A DNA stretch of 64,000 nt, from positions 9,114,001 through 9,178,000 of the forward strand of contig OZ024751.1 in NCBI GenBank assembly GCA_964016885.1, in the 5' to 3' direction. Under the pieces are notes generated by a model. That model saw only the letters and a program-made list of their open reading frames with translations. It ran no database searches and was not told where the DNA came from. Origin of the DNA: Eledone cirrhosa (lineage: Eukaryota). Position numbers and translations under genes: made by a program. This document shows, piece by piece, positions 14,679-28,609 of this stretch. How positions within the stretch are numbered: the first letter of the stretch is position 1; each line of letters opens with the position of its first letter.

Positions 14679-15221
14679 TTGTTGTTGCTGTTATTCTTGT
14701 CGATGGCCACAGCTGTGTTGCTGCTGCTGGTGGTGAAGTGGGTATTATTTTGCTTTCAACTCTTGTTCAGGCCAAGCGTAGTGGGAGTGATTTGAGATAT
14801 TTGATCTGACTCTTTATGTTAAGGGATCAATTTTGCATTTTGTCCTTCTAGGGTCGTTAGAATAACGTAATGTGGAGGGGTCGATATAATCAGACTTCTA
14901 CTTCCCTCAAATACTGGTCTTTTGCCAATGTTAGAAATAAATAGTAGTAAGTGGAAGAAGAGGTGGAAGAACAGAATGTTCATTTAAGTAGATTTTCAGA
15001 TTAATATTAAAATCTTATGCTTATCCGATGAACAGATTGCTAAAATCAACTTACTATTAATTATTGAAATATTTAACAAATCTTGAAGCTTCACCAATGT
15101 AATTATGTATGTTTATCTGGATTTGTGTTGTTTCTACTGAATATGAAACTGCCATACACCAGGCCGTAGGCGAAGGAAAATAAAACAAGAAAAAAGGTGT
15201 ATTGTCGCCCAAGCTTCGTAT

Positions 15222-15559
15222 ATACTATTACTACTAATACTGTTACTACTATTGCTGCTGCTACTACTACTGCTGCTAATGCTATTACTACTACTACTAT
15301 TACTACTGCTACTGAATCAAACAGCGCCAAAACTAATCTCACCACTACAACTGCTACTACTGAATCAAACAATGCCATAACTAGTCTCACTACTACCACA
15401 ACTTCTACTACTACCACCACCACACTACTAATCACACTACTACCACTGCTACTATTACAACTGCAACTACCACTCATGTTACTACTAGTAGCACCACTAC
15501 TACTGAATCAAACAAAACCATAACTAATGTCACTACTACCACAACTACTACTACCACTG

Positions 15560-15635
<76 letters not shown>

Positions 15636-15657
15636 CATACCTAATCTCACTACTACT
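15222..15657. repeat. (CTA/CCA)n trinucleotide tract
   Basis: Direct inspection. Confidence 0.95.
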
Positions 15658-15799
15658 AAATGTTGCTTTTACACATATAACGAAGATAATAATTCTTATT
15701 ATTGTTATCTTTCAATATCATCGATTTTGTTCTCTCTTCTTTTGGTGTTGACTCAACTATAAAGCTGGAAATCATCCAGAGAGAAATAAAACATTTCAC

Positions 15800-16360
15800 T
15801 TCTTTAATTCCTTTCTTTTTTGTCTTTCATTCTTTTTTGTGTTTCATTTTTTTTTGTCTTTCATTCTTTTTTCTTTCATTCTTTTTTTCTCTTTCATTCT
15901 TTTTTCTCTTCCATTCTTTTTTGTCTTTCATTCTTTTTTCTCTTTCATTCTTTTTTGTCTTTCATGCATTTTTCTCTTTCTTTCTTTTCTGTCTTTCATT
16001 CTTTTTTGTCTTTCATTCTTCTTTTTGCAGTTCATTCTCTTTTCATTTCTTTGTTTCTTTGTTTCTTTCTATCTCGCTTTCTTTCCCATCTGTCGCCTTT
16101 ATTTCTCCCAAATTTTCGTCATTCTTTCTTCTTCCCAATTTTTCTTCTCTCTTTGTTTTCATTCTTTCTTCTCAATTTTTCGTCTTTCTTTCTTTTCATT
16201 CTTTCTTTTCTTACATTCTTTTTTTCTTTTCCGCTTTCTTTGTTTCTTTTCTTCTTTCTTTCTTTTCTCCTTTCTTTCTATTTTTCTTTTTTTCTATTTT
16301 CCATCCTTTCCATCTCTTTCACTATATCGTTATATCTTCATTTTTTTCTTTTACTTTCTT
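15800..16360. repeat. Pyrimidine-rich minisatellite, unit approximately tctttcattcttttttt(g)
   Basis: More than ten degenerate copies at 15822-16025, decaying into a T/C-rich tract. Confidence 0.85.
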
Positions 16361-16685
16361 TCGGTCCAATGTTTCATCTTTTTCCCCATTTGGTGAACTC
16401 AATAAAAATGTGGTGGTAGGGGAACGATACAATTCTTCTGAAGCATGCATCGTTCGTGTGTAGTTTATACGAAGACTACTTCTAGCATGCGTTCCAGTAA
16501 AGATAACTCTAATAGAGGCTTAACTATGTAAAGATAAGCAGCCAGTAGAGAGAACAGCGTAGAACTTCATCTTTTCACTTTTCATAAAGAGTGAAAACTA
16601 AAACTTTCTCGTCATCGTCGTAACTTCAAAACTGTCAGACAGAAACATTTCTAATTGTTTATATATATATATTTATATATCTATG

Positions 16686-16760
<75 letters not shown>

Positions 16761-16938
16761 CATATTTATATAATGTATATTTATATATATATTCATATAT
16801 ACACACCTATATATATATATATATACATATATTTATAGATACACACACATATATATAGTATATATATATATACACACACACATATATATATATATACACA
16901 TATATATATATATATTTATACACACATATATATACACG

Positions 16939-17022
<84 letters not shown>

Positions 17023-17266
17023 TGAGTAATATTGTAGAACAATAAAACTACGCATATATCAGATAAGTAGCACTCAAAAGTTGGTAGAACTGGAGTATAT
17101 ATGATAAAGAAGAAATTAAAAGATTGTTAAAAGAGTTCCATATATATATATATATGTGTGTGAAAAAATGAGGAGAAGAATACTGCATGGTTGCACATGG
17201 ATAACATGTTATAAAATGAGTCCCTCATCAGTGATTTACCAACGGTCATATGTATTTCATTGCATT

Positions 17267-17707
17267 AAAGAAGTTAAAAGATGGTTAAAAGACTTTCATA
17301 TATTTTATTATGGGGATTTCGAATACAAAATCACTCTGGGACAAAAATTGTGATAAAACAGGGTAACATGATATGAGGCATAATAGCACTTGTTTACAGG
17401 AAAGTTCTAAGTCTCCACATGACAGAAATATAAGTGTTAAAACTATAGTAAGAAATAGACATTGATAGATAGCAATAGATATTAATAGATATTCATAGAT
17501 CTAGTTGCCTATCTATTTCTTACTATAGTTTTAACACTTATATTTCTGTCATATGTAGACTTAGAACTTTCCTGTAAACAAGTGCTATTATGCCTCATAT
17601 CATCTTACCCTGTTTTATCTGATGAGAACACATTTTTTGTCCCAGGATGATTTATATTCGAAATGCCCATAATACAATATATGGAACTTTTAAACCATCT
17701 TTTAATT

Positions 17708-17712
<5 letters not shown>
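17267..17712. repeat. ~450 bp imperfect palindrome (fold-back or MITE-like) next to (TA)n
   Basis: Inner arms 17353-17458 and ~17512-17619 are near-perfect reverse complements. The outer arms are more diverged. Confidence 0.88.
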
Positions 17713-17787
<75 letters not shown>

Positions 17788-17809
17788 GTGTGTGTATGTA
17801 TATATATAT

Positions 17810-17848
<39 letters not shown>

Positions 17849-17921
17849 TATATATATATACACACATACACACACACATATATATACACATATATATATA
17901 TACACACACACATATGCACAC

Positions 17922-17990
<69 letters not shown>

Positions 17991-18066
17991 TATATATATA
18001 TGTGTAAATACATACACACACACACATATATATATAATTATAGTTATGTATTAAACAACATAATTA

Positions 18067-18139
18067 TTTCATTTACCAAAGGTTTCGCGAAGACAGATGA
18101 GCCTGACACAGACGTCTGAAATCGCTCGTCAGAATGAAA
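18067..18139 (-). ncRNA. Type I hammerhead ribozyme with intact core
   Basis: Minus strand: UUUCAUU-CUGACGA-GCGA..(31 nt)..UCGC-GAAACC-UUU-GGUA^AAUGAAA. Stem I is 7 bp, stem II 4 bp, stem III ACC/GGU, cleavage triplet GUA. Confidence 0.75.
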
Positions 18140-18558
18140 ATTTATTTAAAACGGATGTGAGATATGGATTTCAAAACAAAGTCTAGATCAATTGAAAGCG
18201 AGGCTGAAATAAAACAACGGACTTAATGTAAAGCGGAAAATAATAAATGTATATGTATATATATATAAATATACACATATATAAGCACATAGCCACGCAT
18301 ATAGTTATACTCACATATATACATGTACACATACATATAATATACAAATACATACACACATACACAGTTACACTTACACATATCTATAAATAATTATATA
18401 TATTCGTTGACAAATATATCAATGTGCCCAGACACGCAGATATATTGCCCTTGGTGTGACAGTGTGGTTTTATCTCAATGTAGGATAACTGGTATACTAC
18501 AGAGCCGTTACAGGTTTAGAAATAACCAAAGAGTGCTTAGAAATACATTGTTTTATTA

Positions 18559-18603
18559 GCTAACAGTGTTCCATCTGTACCCTAAGGCAGGAATCATCAG
18601 AGC
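18559..18603 (-). ncRNA. Decayed hammerhead motif
   Basis: GCU-CUGAUGA..UGCC-UUAG-GGUA..GGAAC-ACU-GUU-AGC, then AATAAA. GAAA is mutated to GGAA. Confidence 0.4.
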
Positions 18604-19320
18604 CTATAAACAACAGTATATCAATAGTTGCATGCTCCATCAAGCTGCGTCACCGGAACAAGATTAAGAGGCCAGCAGGGGGGTCACAAGGCAGCGCTAA
18701 ATAATAATATTATCGCTATTCATATGCTGGTTCAATAATATTAAAAACTCCAGAAAAATTCAACCGTTCAGTGCTTTTAGTCTATTGTAAATCTGTATTC
18801 ATTGAGTAATCGATGAACAAAATTAATCTTTGGTTATATATATTTATATATATAAATATATATATAAATTTTAGTACAGCATTGACGAAGCTTTAGTATA
18901 CGGCCAAGCTAGCGTATATGCATAATCGGCCTGTAGCTTTAGCACTCGGATGAGGTAAGACCCCACAGTAATAACATTACGTTCAGACAGCTTAGCAAAT
19001 CAGATATAGCCGTCGGCAGTCCAACTGCATTACCAGAGCAACGAAAATACAGGACCCAGGGAAAGATTTTATACTGACCTGGACATAGCGCTGAGGCTGA
19101 GTGTAAAATATATAACTTACATCGTGTATCCACAATATAGATCACAATATCACACCCAACATCAGTATATATATATATTTAAATATATAAATATATATAT
19201 ATTTATATATATATATAAATATATATATTTATATATATAAATATATATATATACTTATATATATAAATATATATAATATGAAACGAAAAATCAGTGATGC
19301 ATCTGAACTCAATTTATTGT

Positions 19321-19358
19321 GTGTTACAATTGTTTCGCCGGCGGACAGCTCGAGACAC
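19321..19358 (-). ncRNA. Hammerhead motif with a 2-nt core deletion
   Basis: GUGU-CU--CGA-GCUG-UCCGC-CGGC-GAAAC-AAUU-GUA^ACAC-AAUAAA. All three stems are present, with a palindromic stem III. Confidence 0.5.
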
Positions 19359-19553
19359 GATTATTGTGTCTATCTGTCTGAGTATGGATCCGCAGGTTCG
19401 ACGGATACGTCTAATGATTTCGGAGCAAATTCTTTTACTGAGATGTTAGCATCACTATATATATATATATAGTGAAAAATGGAACGGGAACAGAGAGGCA
19501 GTACAAACAAAGGTTTATTAGTTTCATGCTTTTGAGAGTAGGAGGTGGGGAAC

Positions 19554-19582
19554 GACGTTTCCGGCATAAGCCCTTCGTCAGG
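19554..19582 (-). ncRNA. Minimal PLE-type hammerhead core
   Basis: CUGACGA-AG-GGC-UUAU-GCC-G-GAAAC-GUC with AATAAA downstream. No convincing stem I. Confidence 0.4.
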
Positions 19583-19889
19583 AGAAAAGTGGGTTTAAAT
19601 AGAGTTCCGAGGGTGTGTGGGGGAGTGGTGGAGAGACATTTAGAAAAAAAGGAGGGAGAGGAAAGGGAGGAAAAATGGTGGAAGTGGTACAAATAAAAAA
19701 TAAAAATAAACATGAAGATAAACAAGTGGTGAAAGGGTGTGTGGCGTGTATGGGTGGTGGCGGGTGGAGTGGGGAGAGGGAGGCGGGGTGTCCGAGCGGG
19801 GAGGGCTGAAGGTGGTGTTTGTGTGTAGCTGTACGTGTGTGTGTGTATGTGAATGTGAGAGTTGGCGGAAGAAAGAGGTGCCACCTTAA

Positions 19890-20960
19890 AGGTGATGCCA
19901 ACATCATTTGGCAAAGCTGATGGAATATTTTCCACATCATGCAGATAATGTAACGCTCACGGCGGCGTTGGAGACAATAAAGGTTGAGCTTTTCTAATCA
20001 ACTCCAATAGTCAAGGCCTGTCATGCTATCTATCTTTTTTGTAATTGACATTTGGGGTGCTTCAACTTTCATGATACTTTGTTTCGTGTGTAGTAACCAC
20101 AGTGGAGAACAGTATTCAAGGTGGGGTCGGGCAAACGTGGAAAAGAGAAGGATAACAATGTGGATATCTCTCAACTGGAAATTTCTGACAATCCAGGAAC
20201 ACATTCTGCGGGCCATATCAACTTTGCTGTTTATATGAGTGGCCCAGCTTATGTTGTTGTCCAAAATTACTCCCAGGTCTCTGATGTTATTGGATGCCAC
20301 TAGAGTTTCACCCGAACGAAGAGAGTATGGTAGTTTCAGAGCATCCCTTTTTCCAAAGTGGATTAATTCAAACTTATCCTCATCCAACAGTATATTATTC
20401 ATTTCTGCCCATTGGATAACAGCCAGTAGGTCTGACTGAAGGCAAGTCGGATCCACCCACCTCATTAATGACCCTTTGGACCTTGGAATCATCTGCGAAG
20501 ATTCTAATGTTGCTGTGCTTGATGATGTCAGTAATGTCATTAATGTAGATGATGAAAAGAAGTGGGACCAACACAGTGCCTTGTGAGACGCCACTGCTGA
20601 CTTTGACAGGGCTTGATTTCACTCCTTCGACTACAACATGCTGGTTTCTGCCTGTCAGGAAACATTTGATCCACTGTAGTAACCTTCAAGTGACACCAAC
20701 ATTGGATAGTTTTTTCAGTAGAATCTTATGATCAACTTATGATCAAGGTAGATGACATCAGTGTTGGAGCGCCCTCCTAAGGTTCTCAACACATCGTCAA
20801 AGTGATGCAGGAGCTGCGTTAGGCAATCCCATCCATTACGGAACCCATGTTGGTTGGAGTTCAGCAGGCCGTTGCTTTCAAGAAAGTGGGTTATTGGTGA
20901 TCTCGCCACCTCTCAAATACCTTGATAATATGAGAGCTGAGTGAGATCGGACGCTAGTTC
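19890..20960 (-). mobile_element. CR1/L2-like LINE reverse-transcriptase fragment (frameshifted)
   Basis: Motifs N*RPISLSSHIIKVFER, NQHGFR, SSGVSQGTVLVPLLFIIYINDI, FADDSK, RDLGV, RPHLEYCSPLW and LQRRRER. Confidence 0.88.
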
Positions 20961-20987
20961 AATATATATAACTATATATATATATGA

Positions 20988-21076
20988 ATAAATATTTCGT
21001 ATCTCCAAAGAAATACGGTTTTAGGAAGCCGTAGCTATGCAAACACCGTATTTCTTTGGAGATACGAAATATTTAT
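20988..21076. repeat. Hairpin with perfect 32-bp arms
   Basis: 20988-21019 is the reverse complement of 21045-21076. Confidence 0.92.
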
Positions 21077-21425
21077 ACATATTGTATAAAGCTATGCTTG
21101 AAGAGAAATCCTATTTCTTTTTTAACTATATATATATTTATATATGTATATAAATATATATATATATTTATATATATATAAATATATATATATTTATATA
21201 TATATATATATATATATGTTGATATATATATATTTATATATATAAATATATATATATATATTTATATATATAAATATAAGTAAGATGTATGGTAGGTCGT
21301 ATGTGAATCGCGTCTGACCTACCAAATATGTGACGGTAGCTAGTTAAGCTCTATGCGTATACGCAGAGCAGAAATATTAGTGAAAAAGAACAAATGAACT
21401 ATTATGACATTATAAGAAGTTTATT

Positions 21426-21470
21426 GCCGACAGCCGTTTCGTCCGACCACATGGTGGGACATTTCAAGGC
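21426..21470 (-). ncRNA. Variant hammerhead-like motif
   Basis: GCC-UUGAAAU-GUCC..GGAC-GAAAC-GGCU-GUC^GGC-AAUAAA. The stems are present but the CUGANGA box is non-canonical. Confidence 0.4.
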
Positions 21471-22365
21471 GTATAACATGTGATTGTAAGATCATCATCT
21501 ACATCAACGTATCACTTAAGGCTAGCAGTTTGAAATTGTGGTATACATCAGCAACTCCGCTTGTATAGTTGGGGTCTATATTCTAAGGGGGCTCTTTTAT
21601 ATTAGTTGTCGGGGTCAGGGATTGAAGTTTAAAAATTAGATAATATATAATGTACGCATTAATAGTAAACTAAAAGACTTGGGGTCCCGTAGAAAATCCC
21701 TTAGAAAATCCCGTAGAAAATCCCGTAGAAAATCACTCAATAAGTGCATAAAGCTTACAGGCTCCAATAAACGTACTAGACTAGAAGAAATTAAGAGGCT
21801 AATAAAATAAAAAAATAAAAATATAAAGTTTCCCTAAAAAATATATAAAGTTTCCTATGAAATTCCTTCTAGAGAAAAAAATTTTTTTTCCGAAAGAAAA
21901 AAACCTTCTTCCCCCGAGATCACGTTTACAAATTTCAGAAAACTTACGAAGTTTTGATATTCCCTTCTAAGTTGAAAGAAACTAATCAATTAAATGTTAA
22001 TTCAAAGAGCCTTCTATAATTCTCTCAGAAAAGGCCCCCTTAATATTTTTAATAGGAACTTCTTCCGAGAGACCCTTCGCAGAATTAAAATTTTAGAGAG
22101 CCTTCAAGGATATATATAAAAACGAATTGAGGAAAATTATCCATTAAAAGTTAAAAATTACGGTTTTGGGGATATCCGAGGAATTTTCAAAGGGCTGCTT
22201 CAACAGATACAACTTAGGCACAATAGATACAATAATTTAAGTAATTTAAGTAATTTAATTAGGGAGCAATTCAAGGAGTCTATCAAGTTGGGCAAGATTA
22301 AAGAAAGTGTTAAATAAGAAAACACATAAGTAAAAAGACAATAATTATAAAATGTATTTTTGAGA

Positions 22366-22912
22366 AGGTATAAGGTAGCTTCAGTAATCTAACAATGTAT
22401 TATCACAAAAAATTATTATAAAATATTGATACAGGATTAACAAAGGCATAATAATATATATTCCTGCCTAATTAAGGTATAAGGTAGCTTCAGTAATCTA
22501 ACAATGTATTATCACAAACAATTATTATAAAATTATTGATACAGGATTAACAAAGACATAATAATATATATTCCTGCCTAATTAACAAGTAATCAAAACA
22601 CTATTAACATTCAGGCAAAATTAGCACAGGGATATCCCGCGCTCGGATACTTTACACATACACAGCAGCACATAGGATTAGCACAGACACAATGGTATAT
22701 TCCTGCCTAATTAACAAACAATCGATTAACAATTGATGGTAAAGAAAATGTACTCAGGGATATCCCGCGCACGGATATTTACATACATACAACAGGATGA
22801 ACAGTACTGGTGACCGTGTGGGCGCGATATCCATTATGCGTATGTAGTCATCTGCATAGCTCCAGGCACGATATCCATTATGCGTATGTAGTCATCTGCA
22901 TAGCTCCAGGCA
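22366..22912. repeat. Nested local tandem duplications (~108 bp x2, ~43 bp x2, partial extra copies)
   Basis: aaggtataaggtagcttcag..cctgcctaatt occurs twice, cgatatccattatgcg..ccaggcac twice, and cagggatatcccgcgc twice. Confidence 0.9.
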
Positions 22913-24120
22913 CAGCTGGTCTTGTTTAAAAGTTTATGGATCAACTGGGATTCACTATCAGCTGCGTGGACTCTCTGGGAGATGTACCTGTGGATCTAAT
23001 AGCCAGTGGTTGCTGGATGTGGTCCGTTCGATCTTTTAGTTTCAGGGGTTGTACGCTTTCGCGATAGACCAGCCTGCCGGTTCTAAGTCCAAGGTCTCGC
23101 TACGTAGGATGTATTGGTCTACATGCTATATTGTTAAAAAACCAGTGTGGATTTGACTGGGGTGGTATATTACGAACTCCAAGCCGACACGCGACTGGTC
23201 AAAAGCGAAGGGCTGTCCCCTCTTTGTTTGGTGTATGGGTCGGTCCCAGCTTAGATGGTGGTCGTGTTATCCATATTCCGTCAGCCCTGTATATTCAAGA
23301 CAGATCAGGGTATATATTTGCGGGTATGATCCGGCGTCTACGTTATCCAGAGGGTCTCGCTTGTCGTATTTTCAAGTTCGCATGTCATCTCATGGTTAAG
23401 ACTGCGCATGCTTCGGTGAATCTCATGCATGGAATCTTAGGGTATCGTATTTCACGGGGTGACTAGCAGAAAATATATATTTTATGCCATCGCGCACGCG
23501 CTGGCCTGTGGCTACGACCGTGTCCAGTCTCGGGTAGTAGCAGACAGCAGGCAGACCAGGTATACACACCCCTGTTCAAGGGGCACAATCCCTAACTTAT
23601 CGAGTGGTCAGACTTCAAGGGAGTCAACTCTCCAAGCCCATTAAGTCGACTGTGGTGAAATACAAAAAATTCCTATTAGTAAAGAACTAGTCACTGATAA
23701 TAAAAAACCAACTCAAAAGAATGGGGAGGGGCATCTATTTGGGCGGGGGTTTACTAAGGGAGGGGGTGGGGTGAGTGGTTATAGGCAGGGAGCGGCCGCC
23801 ATATTAGGTGTTTTGTTACTGTTTCCCTGGGCATGTTCTCGAGTTTGTTGACATACATCTCCGACGGCACGTTCCCAGATTAGTCAACGTGGTTCCAGGC
23901 ACTCACAATGTCCTACATCGCAGGCTTCAGCTGCCCCCAGGGTGCCCAGCAACAATGTTGCCATCAATCCCAGGTTGGCAAGTGGGACACAGGGTCGTCT
24001 GTTCCTCACCAGAGTCCCCATCGCCAATCGGGGAGCCGAGGCATCCATGCGGCCGGGGTTACTAAAGAGCACCCCGTTCGCCAGCGGGGCCGCCAAGTGC
24101 AGGACTGGGTGGTGTCAGGG

Positions 24121-24579
24121 CTATGTGTCTGGTCTGAAGAAAAAGAAAGAGCTAAGTATGGTATGGGGGCAGGACGAGAAGATTTCTGATCTCCTGTTGA
24201 GCAAGTTGAGTCCTGAGAATACTATGGCATGAGATTCAGATAGGCACAGGCTACAACACCTGCTCAACGAGCTATATGGAGGAGCTTTAGTAAGGCATCT
24301 CCAGCTTAGTGTGTAGGGGTTTTTTGTTTGTTTTAAGCTATGTATATGCCCCGCTAATGACGTGGTATTTTTAAGCTTCTCATATCGGAAGCTATGCTGG
24401 TGTGCGTTGAACCTCGTCTTGAACTCATTAGCGGTTGATCCCACATACGTCTTAGTATACGTGCCTGTGGTTACGTTACAAGCATATACCACGTTCCTAA
24501 TAAGGCAGTGTCCAGCTAGCGGGCATTTCTCCTTCCTTCTGCAATTACACTTTTTAGTAGGGTCATGCTCCTCAATCAT
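24121..24579 (-). pseudogene. Penelope-like element GIY-YIG endonuclease domain (5'-truncated copy)
   Basis: CNC..CPLAGHCL..VVY..YVGST..FKTR..H..SF..CSLCLSE..LLNRRSEIFSSCPH. The upstream end abuts (TA)n. Confidence 0.88.
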
Positions 24580-24645
24580 ATATATATATATGTTGATATA
24601 TATATATTTATATATATAAATATATATATATATTTATATATTTAT

Positions 24646-24696
<51 letters not shown>

Positions 24697-24732
24697 TATT
24701 ATTATTATGTAATAAACAACATAAGGCAATTA

Positions 24733-24792
24733 TTCCATTTACCAGTGGTTTCTTAAATGCAAAAGCTTTTGCTTTCAATCCTCAGAATGAAA
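24733..24792 (-). ncRNA. Type I hammerhead ribozyme with intact core
   Basis: UUUCAUU-CUGAGGA-UUGAA-A-GCAAAA-GC-UUUUGC-A-UUUAA-GAAACC-ACU-GGUA^AAUGGAA. Confidence 0.7.
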
Positions 24793-24973
24793 AATCCTGG
24801 TTTGTTTATTGAATATGGATTCTAAAAACAAAAATGTAATCTATATGAAAGTGAGGCTGGAAAAGGGAGAAGGAAAGGAGAAAAAAAAAAAAAAAAAAAT
24901 AACACAAAAGCATACTTACACACACATACATATATACACATATATAAATGTATGCATACACATATACATATAC

Positions 24974-25017
<44 letters not shown>

Positions 25018-25073
25018 AGCGTACACCTACACACACATTCACATATATACACACATATACACATACATACATT

Positions 25074-25121
<48 letters not shown>

Positions 25122-25151
25122 CATACACACCCACATATATATACATGTACA

Positions 25152-25183
<32 letters not shown>

Positions 25184-25198
25184 CATATATATATATAC

Positions 25199-25231
<33 letters not shown>

Positions 25232-25628
25232 CACACACATGTGTGTGTACAAGCATACACATACACACACATATATATACACACATACATACATTCACAC
25301 AAACATACAACGTACATACATACACATACATGAATGCACTCCACTACATATTCACACACGCAAATAAATATAAGAAAAAAATATATAAATATATATTAAC
25401 AAATTTTTGACAGCGATACATGCCCCAGCTAACAGGACAGACACGCGTGGTAAGTAATACACACAAAAGCACATATACATACGTACGAAATAGTAAACAC
25501 ATACACACACTCTCACACATAAATATACATATACAAATACATAAACACGTACATACACATACATACACAAACACGTACACGTATACAATATAAACACACA
25601 CATGTATATGTAATTATATACACACACA

Positions 25629-25668
<40 letters not shown>

Positions 25669-26122
25669 CAAAAATATAAAAATATAAACGCACACACACA
25701 TATAAATACGTAAACACACATATACATACATAGCTAAACAATTATACACATGCAAATACGTATATATCAAAAGAACGCACAACTAAATACAAACACACAC
25801 ACATACACACACACACCCACACACAAACCCACACATACATAAAAATAAATAAATACACACGCACACATATACATACATACACATACATATACACATATAT
25901 ACATATACATATATACATATACATACACATATATATATATATATACATATATATACATATACATATATATACACACATACACGTACACATACACACATGC
26001 ATACACATACACACACGCATATACATGTGTGTATGTGTAAAGCTCAGTATTAGATAAGACAAATGAACCTTACATAAACGTATATATAGTAGTAAAGTAA
26101 TAAAGCCATACAAGGCAATTAA

Positions 26123-26180
26123 TCCATTCACCAGAGGTTTCTTAAAAGCAAAAAAAGTTTCCTTCAATCTTCGGAATGAA
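26123..26180 (-). ncRNA. Decayed paralogue of the 24733 hammerhead
   Basis: UCAUU-CCGAAGA-UUGAAGG..CUUUUAA-GAAACC-UCU-GGUG-AAUGG. The core U and the cleavage base are mutated. Same aaggcaatta flank. Confidence 0.5.
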
Positions 26181-26255
26181 AAAAAGCCTGGTTTATCCAC
26201 ATATACATACATATACACACACAAATATACAATTATATACACACATACAGACACG

Positions 26256-26427
<172 letters not shown>

Positions 26428-26831
26428 CATATATATATATACATATACACAAACACATACGTACATATATACATACATACACATATATATATATACACAC
26501 AAAAATACATACACATACACATAGGTATGTGAAGGGCAAAACAAAAAGAATATATGGGGGGGGGGGCTAAGAGGAGGTAAAAATATAAGGGGAGGTAAGG
26601 GAGAAAAAATTTTTAAATATACAAGAGTACAGAAGGTAGAATCAGCAAAATAAAAACCGTAGCAAAAGTAAAGAGCAGAGAAGGAGTTCAAGGCGGTTGA
26701 TTTATCGTAGGAGTGTCAATCCAGTTACAGATCAGATGCGATTTCAGATGAGGACAGCATCTGAAGATCTCAGTCTTTGAGTTAAGGCAAGCGGAAGTGG
26801 CTCTCAAGTTTAGCAAAATCCTATACTTTAT

Positions 26832-27056
26832 ACAATATATTAATAAATGGAAACTATATTTATAAAACCATATTTATTTTATTATACATATGTCAGGGAC
26901 CACCAAGGCAAATTATGGGGCGCTTTCATCACATAAAATACAGATTTGTTTCATAAATATATATTGACATACCCGGAAAAAAGACAGCCTTAACTGTTGG
27001 AGCTTCCTGGATAAATATGGGTTTATAAATATAGTTTCCATTTATTAATATATTGT
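26832..27056. repeat. Inverted repeat, ~45-bp arms
   Basis: acaatatattaataaatggaaactatatttataaa.. and its reverse complement at 27011-27056. Confidence 0.85.
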
Positions 27057-27519
27057 GTATTTACTCCACTAACCAGTTGAGTGCTTTATATCTGTTATAA
27101 ACTTCTTTAAGCTTTTTCGATCCCAAAAAATTAAATATAACCTCTGCATATATATAAATATATATATATATATATTTATGTATATATATTTGTAATGTTA
27201 TTACTCTAAGGTAAAATACCTTATTGAGTGCTTAGCAGCACATTTCGATTGCATTCTTTAGCATAGCTGCAGTGAGAACTTCGATTATGCTGTATTACTA
27301 TCTCTTAGACTTACTGATTAATTGATTAATTTACTTAGTGGTATCATGACAGTAGTGTAGGTCATATATTTATATCTATATATTTATATAGTATAACCGG
27401 TTTGTATTTCTTTTTCTTGATTTATTCTTAAATTGAGTATAGCAAACCTTATTGTCAGTAGTTAGTATTCCTTTCACCTTAGCGATTCTGGCCCATTACG
27501 ATTTGAACACCTATATGTA

Positions 27520-28600
<1,081 letters not shown>

Positions 28601-28609
28601 TATATATAT

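Noticed and set aside
22366-22912. Repeat-spacer pattern resembling a CRISPR array
   Set aside because: The units are adjacent duplications of unequal length without unique spacers, in a eukaryotic context with no cas genes.
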